Below are positions 36,463 to 49,193 of a stretch of 64,000 nt of DNA, one piece after another. Under the pieces are notes generated by a model. The model was not told the DNA's origin, did not search any database, and saw only the letters and a program-made list of their open reading frames with translations. Each line of letters opens with the position of its first letter. Positions within the stretch are counted from its first letter, which is position 1. The position numbers and the translations under genes were made by a program. Source of the stretch: Heptranchias perlo. Taxonomy: Eukaryota. The stretch covers positions 9,920,001 to 9,984,000 of the forward strand of contig NC_090349.1 of NCBI RefSeq assembly GCF_035084215.1, in the 5' to 3' direction.

Positions 36463-38974
36463 GCATGCAAGAACGGTACTACTATAAACATGGGTGACTT
36501 TAATCTACATATAGATTGGTCAAACCAATTTAGCAATAATACTGTGGGGGAGGAATTCCTGGAGTGTGTACGTGATGGTTTACTTGACCAATATGTTGAG
36601 GAACCAACTAGAGAACAGGCGATCCGAGAGTGGGTATTGTGCAATGAGAAAGGATTAATTAACAATCTTGTTGTGCAGGGTCCCTTAGGGAAGAACGACC
36701 ATAACATGATAGAATTCCTCATTAAGATGGAGAGTGAAGTTGTTTGAATCCGAAACTTGGGTCCTGAATCGAAATAAAGGAAATTACGAAAGTATGAGGT
36801 GCGAGTTGGCTGTGATAGATTGGGGAACTTTACTAAAAGGGATGATAGTGGATAGGCAATGGCTAATATTTAAAGAAAGTATGCAGGAATTACAACATGT
36901 ATTCATTCCTGTCTGGCGCAAAAATAAAACAGGAAAGGTGGCTCAACCGTGGCTTACAAAAGAAATTAGGGATAGTATTAGATCCAAAGAGGAGACATAT
37001 AAAATTGCCAGAAAAAGTGTCAAGCCTGAGGATTGGGAGCAGTTTAGAATTCAGCAAATGAGGACAAAGAGATTGATTAAGAGGGGAAAATAGAGTATGA
37101 GAGTAAACTAGCAGGGAACATAAAAACTGACTGTAACAGCTTCGAAAATATGTCAAGAGAAAAAGATTAGTGAAGACAAATGTAGGTCCCCTACAGTCAG
37201 AAATGGGGGAAATTATAATGGGGAACAAAGAAATGGCAGAACAATTAAACACATACTTTGGTTCTGTCTTCACAAAGGAGGACACAAATAACCTCCCAGA
37301 GATGTTATGGAACCAAGGGTCTAGTGAGAGGGAGGAACTGAAGGAAACCAGTATTAGTAAAAGAATAGTGCTAGGGAAATTAATGGCTGACAAATCCCCA
37401 GGGACTGATAATCTACATCCCAGGGATCTAAAGGAAGTGGCCATGGAAATAGTGGATACATTGGTGATCATCTTCCAAAATTCTATAGATTCTGGAACAG
37501 TTCCGACAGATTGGAGGGTGGCAAATGTAACCTCACTATTTAAAAAAGGAGGGGGAGAAAAAACAGGGAATTACAGACCAGTTAGCCTAACATCAGTAGT
37601 GGGGAAAATGCTGGAGTCTATTATAAAAGATGTGATAACAGAACACTTGGAAGGCATTAACGGGATTGGACAAAGTCAGCATGGGTTTATGAAAGGGAAA
37701 TCATGCTTGACAAATTTACTGGAGTTTTTTCAGAATGTAACGAGTAGAATAGATCGGGGAGAACCAGTGGATGTGGCGTACTTGGATTTTCAGAAGCCGT
37801 TTGATAAGATCCCACACAAGGGGCTCGTGTGAAAAATTAAAGCACATGAGATTGGGGGTAATGTACTGGCATGGATTGAGAATCGGTTGACAGACAGGAA
37901 ACAGAGAGCAGGAATAAACGGCTCCTTTCCCGGGTGGCAGGCAGTGACTAGCGGGGTACCGCAGGGATCAGTGCTTGGGCCCCAGCTATTTCCAATATAT
38001 ATCAATGATTTGGATGAGGGAACGAAATATAAAATTTCCAAATTTGCAGACGAGACAAAGCTGGGGTGGAATGTGAGCTGTGAAGAGGATACAAAGAGTC
38101 TCCAATGTGATTTAGACAAGTTAGATGAATGGGCAAGAACATGGCAGATGCAGTATAACGTGGATAAACGTGAGGTTATCCACTTTGGTTGTAAAAACAG
38201 AAAGGCAGATTATTATCTGAATCGTGATAGATTGAGAAAAGGGGAGGTGCAAAGGGACCTGGGTTTCCTTGTACACCAGTCGCTGCAAGTGAGCATTCAG
38301 ATGCAGCAAGCAGTAAGGAAGGCGAATGGTATGTTGGCCTTCATTGCAAGTGGATTTGAGTTCAGGAGTAGAGATGTCTTACTGCAGTTATACAGGGCCT
38401 TGGTGAGACCACATTGGAGCATTCTGTGCAGTTGTGGTCTCCTTCTCTGAGGAAGAATATCCTTACCACGGAGGGAGAGCAACAAATGTTTACCAGACTG
38501 ATTGCTGGGATGGCAGGACTGACGTATGAGGAGAGTTTGAGTCGACTCGGCCTATATTCACTAGAGTTTAGAAGATTGAGAGGTGATCTCATCGAAACAT
38601 ATAAAATTCTAACAGGACTAGACAGACGAGATGCAGGGAGGATGTTCCCGATGGCTGGCGAGTCCAAAACTAGGGATCACAGTCTCAGGATACGTGGTGT
38701 GCCATTTTGAACCGAGATGAGGAGAAATTTCTTCACTCAAAGGGTGGTGAATCTATGGAATTCTCTACCACAGAAGGCAATGGAGGCCAATTCGTTAGAT
38801 GTATTCAAGAAGGAGATAGATATATTTCTAAATGCTAAAGGGACCAAGGGACATGGGGAAAAAGCGGGAACAGGGTACTGAGTGAGACGATCATCCATGA
38901 TAATTTTGAATGGCGGAGCAGTCCCGAAGGGCCGAATGGCCTACTCTTGCTCCTATTTTCTATGTTTCTATGTT
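36463..38974 (+). mobile_element. 5'-truncated CR1 LINE (partial endonuclease plus RT), decayed
   Basis: MGDFN...DQYVEEPTR, KSPGTDNLHPR, DWRVANV, NYRPVSLTS, GVPQGSVLGP, with stops and frameshifts; ttctatgtttctatgtt tail. Confidence 0.93.
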
Positions 38975-39658
38975 AAATCTTGATGCCCAAGTCGTGGTAA
39001 GGGTTGGTCCCTCATTATTGCAAAGTTGTGCAGCACACGACCACAAATCTGGAAACGTAGTCAGGACTGCAGTGCCGAGCTCCTCACGAACGGTCCAGGC
39101 AGCAGAAGCGATGCTTGTGCACACCGGCGGTCTGGCTAATTATATTATTGGTAGTGGCATGCTTCTCGTTGTAGATCAGCTTTGTTCAAGCGATCCTGTC
39201 AGAAGTCATGTGCCATGTCGGGAGGGGCTACTCCGTGCCACCCAGTTGCCAACGCTGTGACCTGTCAGCCTGTTTGGAATAAACGCAGAGCAAAGGACTG
39301 GCTCAGGTTGAATTAATCATGTCTGCTGCCTGAAACTGGGCACAGCCCTGCATGATGTCGTGCATGTGATCACAAACAAGTTGGACATTTTCCGATTTGC
39401 AGTTTCGTGAAATCTGCTCCACAGCGACCCTGCTGGTGAGAGAAGGGGCTTCTCTTTCAAGTGCACTCAAACGGCAGTGAATTCAATCAAAACTGCTTGC
39501 CGTCCTATTATGCACCGGAAATGCCGCAAAAATAATTAAAATGTAATCTAATACAGGGATTATCGGCGTATGTTGGGTTGGGAAGAACTAACTTTGTACA
39601 ACCTGGAATTGTCTCTGAAATCTCCTGAACTCATTGTTCTCAGCACATTTGAAGTTTG

Positions 39659-39759
39659 TAAACAATTTTACAACACCAAGTTATAGTCCAGCAATTTTAT
39701 TTTAAATTCACAAGCTTTCGGAGACTTCCTCCTTCCTCAGGTAAATGTTTGTTATTTGT
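39659..39759 (-). mobile_element. 101-bp Penelope-like element terminus with a 13-bp flanking direct repeat CATTTGAAGTTTG (39646-39658 and 39760-39772)
   Basis: Empty site at ~54208-54222. The insert carries a minimal hammerhead motif typical of Penelope pseudo-LTRs. Confidence 0.75.
39706..39746 (-). ncRNA. Minimal type I hammerhead ribozyme-like motif
   Basis: Sense AUUUAC-CUGAGGA-A-GGAG(GAAGU)CUCC-GAAA-GC-UU-GUGAAU. Stem I is AUUUAC/GUGAAU, core is CUGANGA plus GAAA, stem II is 4 bp, and palindromic AGCU replaces stem III. Confidence 0.7.
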
Positions 39760-40344
39760 CATTTGAAGTTTGATTAATATTATTCTTATCAGTGAGTGTC
39801 ACACCACATTACCATGATCTGATACCATGTGATTTCTTAAGGAGATCAGTCTGAATAAATAACATTAAAGGGATACAGAGTTTGTGATGAAGGTGAATGT
39901 GAATGTAAAAAGCGTGACAATTTGCTGGACTGGTTTCAGTAAAAAATGTTAATGGAATTGTAATTACTTCCGATCCGAGTTGGTGCCCGTCGCACTTGCT
40001 CCAGTGTTAAGAATCGATAAACAAGGGTAAAAGGAATCGAATCCCATTGAAAAATAAAATCTCGCAAAGCCAGAAATTGCAGCGCCCAAATACCTGGACA
40101 ACCAAAGCAGAGGCTGTCACATTTGGGACCTGAATTTGTGTCACCAGATGATTTAGTAAAACTTACACGAGGTTCTTTCAATTATTGTCAGAAACACACG
40201 GATACACAGTTCAAACGGTTCCCTACACCGATAGAATTTAAAGAAATGCGGCTTAAAAAATATAGTACCACTGTACATATCTGGCAACTACCTGAACGTC
40301 TACTCTCTTGGTACCTCTTTATATATTGACTCACTCTCACAGAC

Positions 40345-41042
40345 CCTTCTTCCTACACAAATCTTTGAAGGTGACAGGTCAAGTTGAGAAGGCTGTTAAA
40401 AAAGCAAATGGGTTCCTGGGCTTTATCAATAGAGGCATAGACTACAAAAGCAAGGACGTTATGTTAAACGCTTAGAAAGCAAAGGTTAGGCCTAAGTTGG
40501 AGTATTGTGTTCAGTTGAGGGCATCACACTTTAGGAAGGATGTCAAGACCTTAGAGAGGAATCAGAAGAGGTTTACTAGAATGGTACGAGGGATGAGGGC
40601 CTTCAGTTATGTGGAGAGATTGGAAAAGCTGGGGTTGTTCTCCTGAGAGCAGAGAAGGTTAAGAGGGGATTTGATAGAGGTATTCAAAATCATGAACGGT
40701 TTTAATAGAGTAAATAAGGAGAAACTGTTTCCAGTGGCAAAAGTGTCGGTGAAAAAAAAGATGAGCTTTCAGGTGATTGGCAAAAGAACAAGAGGCGGCA
40801 TGAGGAAAAATAAAATTACGCCGCGAGTTGTTGTGATCGGGAATGCACTGCCTGAAAGGGTAGTAAAAGCAGGTCCAATAGTAATTTCCAAAAGGGTATT
40901 GGATAAATGCTTGAAGGGAAAAATACAGGACTATGGGGAAAGAGCTAACGAGTGGGACTAATTAAATAGTTTTACCAAAGAGCTGGCACAGGCACAATGG
41001 GACGAATGGCCACCTTCTGTGCTGATTCTAGGGTTCTATGAT
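40345..41042 (+). mobile_element. Decayed CR1 3' portion downstream of C exon 3 (paralog ~54795-55482)
   Basis: LEKLGLFS..RRLRGDLIEVFKIMNGFNRVNKEKLFP-type translation. Confidence 0.85.
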
Positions 41043-41201
41043 TACACTGCGTTATTTGTAAAGTTACAATGAAGCTTTCACCAAGTCAATGTGGACACAC
41101 TGAAAGATAGAGCCAGTGGGCTAAAGCGCGCAAACTGCACATCTGATGTTGTGATTTAAATGTTCCACTTAAAATCAAAGAGGTAATATCTGAATACGAA
41201 A

Positions 41202-41207
41202 TTTATT
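41202..41207 (-). terminator. Polyadenylation signal AATAAA, cluster 3
   Basis: tttatt on +, conserved position. Confidence 0.8.
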
Positions 41208-41250
41208 TTAAAAGAGAATGTATAACAGATCAATACATAAGATTCTTGAA

Positions 41251-41573
41251 TCAGATACAGCTGGATCTCGCGATGCTTGTTTGAAGCGGGTTTGTCTGAG
41301 TTTCATGTTTCACCACACAGGAGTAAAGCTCGTGTGAGTTCCAGTCTGAGGCTGCCAGAGTCAGATAACTGCTCGCACTGAACGTGTTGTCCTTCTCCTG
41401 CTGGACCCGACTGGTCTCAACATCATTCCCTCTGACACTGCCATCTACAGTCCACTCAATCTCCACAGCACCCGGGTTAAAACCGTTCACCAAACATACC
41501 AGGGTCGCCTTGTTCTTTTGCGTTATTTGATCCGATGAAGGCGGAAGAAGGGACACCGAGGGGGCCCGCGGAT
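41251..41573 (-). CDS. IGLC: Ig lambda constant exon, cluster 3 (gene = complement join 45616-45568, 45435-45094, 41573-41251)
   Basis: cag acceptor; PRAPSVSLLPPSSDQITQK...YSCVVKHETQTNPLQTSIARSSCI*. Confidence 0.97.
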
Positions 41574-43043
41574 CTGAAAAGCAGAAAAAAATGAAAGAAG
41601 ATCCAATCTTAATTGACATAAAAGTCGTAATCAATGTTGTACTTTCCCAAATCTTTTAAACTTCGGCGTTACTCCACAAATGTATGAAGAATATCTTTGG
41701 TTTGAAGAATACAACGGAACCAAATTAGTGTCAATTGTACAATGACAGGAGCCCGTAGTTCTAGAAAATATATAACCTGAGAACTTTTCCAATTTTTCAT
41801 ACGTGGAAAAGAACAAATAACAATTATTTAAATGAAATACAATCTAACTTATTGAATATACTATGATATGAATTTAATAGCATTCTTCAAAGTCATTATA
41901 TTTCTTTCATTTTCTTCTGCTATATCCTTTCCCCATTAAAGTTTAACATGTCACTCAGAATATTTCCATATTTCGTGGAATCATAGACTCTTACAGCACA
42001 GAAGGATCCGTGCCTGTGCGGGCCCTTTGAAAGATCTGTCCAATTAATCCCACTTCCCTGCTCTTCCGCCATAGCTTGGCAAATGTTTCCTTTTCAAGTA
42101 TATATCCAATTCCCTTATGAACGTTGCCAATGAATCTGCTTCCACCCCATTTCAGGTAGTGCAATCCAGATGATACCAACTTGCGGTGTAAGAACATTTC
42201 TCCTCACCTCCCCTTGTTCTTTTGCCAATTATCTGAAATCCGTGTCCTTTGGTTATCAACCCACGTGCCAGTGGGAAGAGTTTCACCCTATCTACTCCAT
42301 CAAAACCCGTCACAATTTTGAACATCTCTATTAAATCTCCCCTCAACTTTCTCTGCCCTAAGGAGAACAATACCAGCTACACTCGTCTCTCGGCATAACT
42401 GAAGTCGCTGTCATTAGGAATATTTCCGTATTTGTGAAGGAATGGGGTCAGAAAATAATAAAACATAAAAATAACACGGCACACAGTATGGCATTCAAAT
42501 GTACCGGTCGGACTCAATCCGTTACAGACATTGTGTCCGACGAGCAGTGGATTTAAAGCGAAAGTAAACAGCAATAAATTCGAATCAGGGGTCAATATTG
42601 GAACCAATGCTGACTACAAAAATACAGTAATATTTCGTTCAAAACACTCGATTCTAATAAATCTACTGCTAATTACGATTGTTTGCTTCTGTCTCTAGTT
42701 CCGCGCTACTTTTGACGGAAATGGTAAATATTCGACTAATATTTGGGCTTGTGTACAAGTACTGCCACGGCCGCTCTGCTCGGCTCGTCATTTCTACAAG
42801 GCTTCTTGCCCCTATCGGACAAGGAGTACATTGTGTAAAAGTTCAAAAGACTGTTGGAATAATTCTACCACACTCGAAATACGACATGTGGAGATAGATC
42901 CGATGTCAAAGTGTCACAAAGTTAATTTTTCACTACAGACAAACAGTTTCCAACAGGCAACGACTGTTATTGGAAACAATTATATCAATATTATAAAATA
43001 ATATTCCCAAAGAACCTCAATATGAAAGCACAATGGCAAAAAT

Positions 43044-43260
43044 GTCCTGGCCAATATATCCCTCAATCAACATCATTAAAACAGATTATCTGCTCATTAT
43101 CACATTGCCGTTTGAGGGACCTTAATGTGCGTAACTTGGTTGCCGCGTTTCCAATATTACAACAGTGATCATTTCAAAAGTGTTTCATTGGCTGTAAAGC
43201 ACTTTGGAACGTCCTGAGATCGTGAAAGGCGCGATATCAGTAAAAATTCGTTCTTTCTTT
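43044..43260 (+). mobile_element. SINE 3' half in J-C intron 3
   Basis: Ortholog of 5687-5905. Confidence 0.6.
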
Positions 43261-45093
43261 ACTTTGTGACTATTAAACAGAAATATTCCCATGCGAATGA
43301 CAATGAAACATAACCCAGTGTAAGAATGTTGAAGCCGGACTGTCACAATGCCCTGTCTCTTCAAATGACTCGAACCCTAACCCTAATGCAGCGTTCGCAC
43401 TGACCATGTGTCACAAACACCAGCGACCAACGGCAAACCCTCGGTAAAATTGTTTCTGTCGTGAAAAGCGTCAAAGAAAAGGCTGAAATATTAATATCGT
43501 TTTCAATGGTAGAATTAGGTATCAAAGGCTGGAAATGTTTCTGGTAACGACGTGCCGTGTCAGGTAGAGCAGCGCGTTTCACAATGCCGGGTTTGTCCGG
43601 GTCGGTTTAACTATCTATTGCCATTCTGAGACGTTCGCCTTGGAACCTACAACATCCCCTGGCTTTCTTTACATTATAATTTGGAGGCTGAAACCACGAG
43701 TAGTCCCGACAATAGCCAACGTCCCCTCTTGTCACAGTTGGTAAAGTCCTTCTGCAACATCCGGAAATTAGCTTAACATTCTCGTATGAAATATCGGGCG
43801 TCCCGTGGGATATTAAGCAGATTTTACTGTCATTTTAAATTATCGTCTAAACGTCAAGTGAACTCCCTTTACATTGGTTTGGTATGTAATTTTTTCAGAT
43901 ATAAATTCTTAATGGAACAACTGATGATATAATGGAAGATTTTTGTCTGCTTAATGTCCCATGCTAGCCGGTTCCACCCTGATGTAGCCGAATAACCAAG
44001 TTAAAATAGCAATAGACTGTTCGCATCTTATGTAATATTCCTCCTCTTGCTGACACTAATCACAGAACCAGCATTAAAGCGCAATGGCGTGAGAATGAAG
44101 CAGGCACAAAAATCGGAAAGCTTATTCTGAGACATTATTCACACAAAATTAATCGCATAGGAAGATAATGAGCCCGTGTCTTGTTAAAAATAGACATCCT
44201 GCCAATAATTGATGTTTATTACTGCGTTATGCCGAAAATCGATCAGTGTGAATGATTATTACTTGCTGAACTGAGCTCAACAGTATGATTGCTATAGTCA
44301 TCCGGGATTCATGCGAAATGTAGGACTGAGAACCTTGTACTGAATGGTTATTATATCCCGGGAGTGCTTTAAAGGGAATGAAAACTCTATCGTGTGAAAC
44401 TTTTGAATTTGTGCTTTTAGCATTTTCCAGCAATTAATTCCAGCGGGGCTATAATGATAGGGTGTCAGCCATTCTGGAAGACTTCGTGGGACTCATATAA
44501 TGATAGGATTGTACAGCTCAGAAGGAGGGCGATCGCGCCCAACCACTTTGTCCATTTCCAATACACTTTTCGTCCATTTTCCAATGTTTATCCACTTCCC
44601 TTTCAAACCCTACCACGGATTCTGCTCCACCACTCTTACAGGTCGAAAACTACCCGAACAGTCCCTTAGGTAACGAAAATATCCAAACCTCTCCCTTCGT
44701 CCTTCTCGTAACGATATTAAATTTACCAACTGACTGATCAGTGAAAATCGTTCTTTTTTAATTTCCTGGCTGTCTCTTAAATATCACTGAAAGTTGATTC
44801 ATAAGCTCAGTATAAATGTTATTAAGGACAATAATCTTGATTTTCACTAACTTAATCGACCAAGAAAATAGTTTTAAGGGTTATTTTGGTATTTCGCCCG
44901 CAATGTTGCAAATATTGGGGCACAAGCGCTTTGGAAACCGAAATTTTAAAAGTGATTGTCGCTGTAATCACCATGAGAGGTGCGGACACTGATATGTTTT
45001 AATCCAGGGAATTTCGACTGAAAGCATTAAACCAAAGTTCGAAAACTGGTAGCTGACAAATCCAAAGTTGCACAATGCGAATAATTTACTTAC

Positions 45094-45435
45094 TGCCCAG
45101 ATTCAGCTTGGTTCCTCTCCCGAAGGTGACTATTCCGCTCTTCGCCACAGCACAGTAATAATCGGCGGCGTCCTCGGATTGTACGTTGGTGATGGTTAAA
45201 TGCATCTTGTTGGTCGACGAGTCCACAGATCCAGTGAATCGATCTGGAATCCCTGAAGCTGTACCGGAGCTCTCATACCAAACAAACACAGGGGCACTGC
45301 TGGGTTTCTGCCAGTACCAGCTCGTGTAGTAGCTGCCGATGCTGCCTCCGGACAGGGTACAGGTGATCTTGACGGTTTTGCCCGGGGAGGTTGAGATGGA
45401 TGTTTCCTGATTCAGGACAGCATCCGCGTTTGTAC
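45094..45435 (-). CDS. IGLV: Germline-joined V-J exon, cluster 3 (CDR3 AVAKSGIVT)
   Basis: TNA-DAVLNQETSISTSPG...GGSIGSYYTSWYWQKPSSAPVFVWYESSGTASGIPDRF...YYCAVAKSGIVTFGRGTKLNLG; canonical splice sites. Confidence 0.97.
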
Positions 45436-45567
45436 CTGGTGAAATAACAAGTTATTGATCAGTCACACTTTGCAATTCTGAATATTTAGATCTGTTCAAC
45501 TGAAGCACAGTAAAAAATCAGTGCAATGTAAAAAGCAGCGATATTAAAGGTTAAGCCGTGTACTTAC

Positions 45568-45616
45568 TTTGGAGACAGAGCATGAATACGGCGAGAACTC
45601 GAAGCCATTCAGTCAT
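45568..45616 (-). CDS. IGLV: Leader exon, cluster 3 (MTEWLRVLAVFMLCLQ)
   Basis: ATG at 45614-45616; GTAAGT donor. Confidence 0.95.
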
Positions 45617-45689
45617 GGTGAAGGTTTTGGTGACGGTTAGCAGTAAAATGTTTCCTGAGAAGAACGCAGTTCTGGGCTCTTTCTAAATC

Positions 45690-45810
45690 TCCTTAAGAAG
45701 CTTCAAACATTGCAACGTCACTGAGAATTAATTATTCATGCAAATCTCCGTCCACGTGACATGATACCATAGGCTCCAAGGTACTCCACTGACTATATTT
45801 GTATAATGCA
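45690..45810 (-). promoter_or_regulatory. Promoter, cluster 3: octamer 45738-45745, E-box CACGTG, degenerate distal octamer (ATTTGTAT)
   Basis: Motifs read directly. Confidence 0.85.
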
Positions 45811-48800
45811 CATTCCAGACATTTTTTAAAAGTTGAGTAACAATGAGTCAAAGTCATAGAGTACAACACGGGAATGGTTGAATACAGCAAAATAAAAGGT
45901 GCGGTGAAACAAAGGGGAGCGATCAGGTGACTCCAGGCTTGGGTTTTGGAAACCTGAAGTTTGTAATAGCGAGGAACGGCTGTCGGCGGGAGGATGTTGA
46001 ATGGTTTAGGGGTCCACAGAGAGAATGAATTAGAGAAAGAGAGTTTGAAATGAGTTTGGATTTGTACACAGTGAGGAATTAAGGCGGTGGAACAGCGCGC
46101 AGAGGGGTGTATTTTGGGGTTAGGTGAATAATTTAGGAAAGTTCACATTTGTTTCTTTCACATATGTGACCATACATTTAATGTATCCCTTTGAAATTTG
46201 GAAGTTCCGTTGCTTCTGCATACAGGGCTGATTGTAAGCTTGATTCATACCAGAGAAGGGGAATGTCAAAACTGCATTATTTTCAACAATTTTAATACGT
46301 GTTAACAAATATGAATGAATCATGTAGTGAATAACCCAGAGTCAAGCGTTGACATATCGTGCCTCCACATTCATTATTTGGACGTGTTGGTTATCCCGTC
46401 CAGCGGCACACTTCTTGGGGGCAACTGAAATAATTGACATTTCCCGAAAGGAATTGATTCAACCGAGTTTTCATCCAGCCCAATCAGAAGGGATAAATAT
46501 ATTCTCTCTGCTGACTCGAAACATCTGACTTGTATTGCGTTAGGAGCTGTTTGGCCAACTTGTTCGTGAGGTGAATCAACAGCAAAAGCAGCGCGTGATT
46601 CAACACAAATTATAACACAATTGTCAGTCTCACTCAGAGACCCAAAAGAAGTTTGGGAGTTATAAATGCCACACTAGTGCAGTTGGGATGCTGTTATGAG
46701 GCTGATTTAGAAGGCACGAGTGTAATAATTCCTATGATCGCTTTTTTTGTAGCAACAAAAGGTCGAAGGCTCTGTACGTTTTTACATTTCCGCGAAACCA
46801 GAAGTGCATCGCGTTTAGAACGTGCTTAGAATTTCACTGGACACATCGGAACAGAAGGAATCTTCACCGATACATTTAGAGTGTCGCTACAAATAGCTTA
46901 ATTTATGGTTTGTAAAGCGACGCGCGATACAATAACACTTGGCGTAAGAATTGCTTTGGTCGCAAATGTTTGTGAAGAATTCTTTATATTTTCTAGAAAT
47001 ATTGAATAAGAGAAATCTTCACCGAGCACCCGTAACACATACTGACAAGAGGAAGTCTCAATACATAGTGCATCATGTTGCCTGAGCGACACCCAGCGTT
47101 CACAAGAGCTAAACCTGGAGCCACCAATGCCACACTTCACAGGCCGCATTAGATGAAATACGGTCACTCCCACATGGCAATTATTGCGCATTTAGGGCGA
47201 CGCTCAGTGTTATATGGTTGATCTCATTGGTTTATTATAATCGTCCAATCTCACTGATTTTATTCAATATCTTGCATCGCACTCTACACTGGGCGTTGAT
47301 GAACATATTTCTGTTATAACCTCTAATTTTCCATGGTTTGCTTTTCAAATGTAAAAAGGACTAAGGAAATCAATCGACAAAGCATGCGAATAGCCAGTTT
47401 TGCACCAAACATTTTTCAGGTGAAGATGAAGATTGTGCTGCAGTTTGATCCATCTCTACCGGCAAACCCTTTAAAATCTTCTGAATTTGGCACTCTTGTA
47501 CTTTCATTCTTATTAAATTAAACCGACATTTATATATCGGATTCACTCAGCCGACACGTGTTTACATTCCGTGGTATCGGGGGAGGGGAGAAGTGACTTT
47601 GTCTGGCGCTTTGGAGAGGCCAAATGGAGGGTATGGTGGACTGCCGCATGGCGCTCTGCGAGGTTCAGGCTGCTGCTTGTTGCCGGTTGGTATTTTCACA
47701 CTACACATACTCCTTGGATTCAATGTCAATGACGACACCCACGAACGGATCTGCCTTCCTCTCCGAACGAGGAAGTGACTTTATCTGCTCAATATGAAGG
47801 AAAACACAATGTGATCCAGGGATTGACCAATGCTGCCTTTTATATGTGCTGGCCTGACCTCCTAATCTTTTTGTATCTGAAATAAGCTCAGACAGTAAAC
47901 CAACCGACAAATGTATATAACGTTAAACATATAATTGAACAGTACTGAACATAAATACATATAGCAGTTTGCACACTTCCCCATCCTCCTCCGTGTTTTC
48001 TCCTGTGCGCTCTCTGGACATAAAATTGATCCTGTAAACACCGTCGTTCACTTCTTTAGTGGAGAAATGCCACCAGAGAGCTCGCTCTATCTCAGTCTGG
48101 ATGCTGGCTTTAAAATCGCTTCGTGACTTCTGAGGAAAAGGCAGCTCATATATATCATTTAACATCCTTTGAGGATATACTGAAACAAAGAGTATTAAAA
48201 ACCAGATCTCTCTAATTATATTAGACTAACCACATTCACAGCTTGTCAGTAGGTGGGATGTTAGTCCACACAAATGCCTCTGCCAATATCATAAATTTCA
48301 GAAGAATTCTTAGGTCTGTCTGCCTGCACCTGGCCATGGCGTCAGGTTAACGTAGTTGAACAGAAAAACATGTAAGTGGCTTCTGAATGATACCTTTCGC
48401 ATCTCAGGCTGTGATCTATGACGAAAACTTGCATTTACATAGTCTGGTGGTGCGAACGGCACGTTTGAGGGTTTCAGTGTCAGATGGGCTGAGATAGGGT
48501 CTGAAAGGCCTTGCAGTACTCAATGTTAATCCTGTACGTAAATTGACTGGGAATTAAAGAATCAGTGGTTAATTTTAATGAGAATGATGCTTTCTTTTGG
48601 TCACAGCACGCTTAATTTTTGAAAGGTTCTTTGCATTCGAGGCCTGTGCCTTTCTTGGGAGTACCATGTACAATGTGGCGACATACCACCCTCCCTGTCG
48701 ATCATTCAGTGTGTCATGATTCGATCGGCTACATAAAGCAGGCGTTTCAATCCAAACCCTGGCCCGGAACGTTACATGGTGTAAAACGATCTTCTGGCCA

Positions 48801-49193
48801 TTCCTAAGGAGATGAGAGGATGTTTCCAGGATAAAATGTCTCTTTAAACATGGACTGCTCTACAGGTTTGAGCTCTTTCTCTGCCATCCCCTAATCCTTT
48901 GGATGCGGTCAATTTGCTGCACCTCCTTCAGTCCCACTTGCAGGATAGGGGTATCACAGATTTATTTGTACGTACAACCGGCTGCTCTGCATGAATCTAT
49001 CACAAGTCTGTCATCTGAAATCCCGCTGGGCTCCTCACTCTATCCAAGTGGATGAAGTCCACGATCGTGCATCAACTGCTCATTCACCTATCAGTCTCAT
49101 TGTTGAAATGCTCTTTCCTTTTAGTTCAAGCGTATGTCAGTTTTCCTTCACCCAACCGTGAATTTTTATGGAACGACGATGTGTTGACATCAG

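Larger units (their letters stand above)
34051..39548. mobile_element. Old degenerate Harbinger relic (ortholog of 14450-16714) with an internal duplication, split by a CR1
   Basis: - strand QVSGSSNDSFILCQSSLLPL...WLLGYKEYPLQTWLKTPVENP...NASHATTRNIIGRIF at 35862-36185. A second copy of this transposase segment lies at ~38975-39500. Boundaries approximate. Confidence 0.7.

Noticed and set aside
36890-37471. Antisense ORFs of 100-190 aa over CR1 elements (e.g. 36890-37471, 50791-51303)
   Set aside because: Shadow frames of LINE ORF2, not independent genes.
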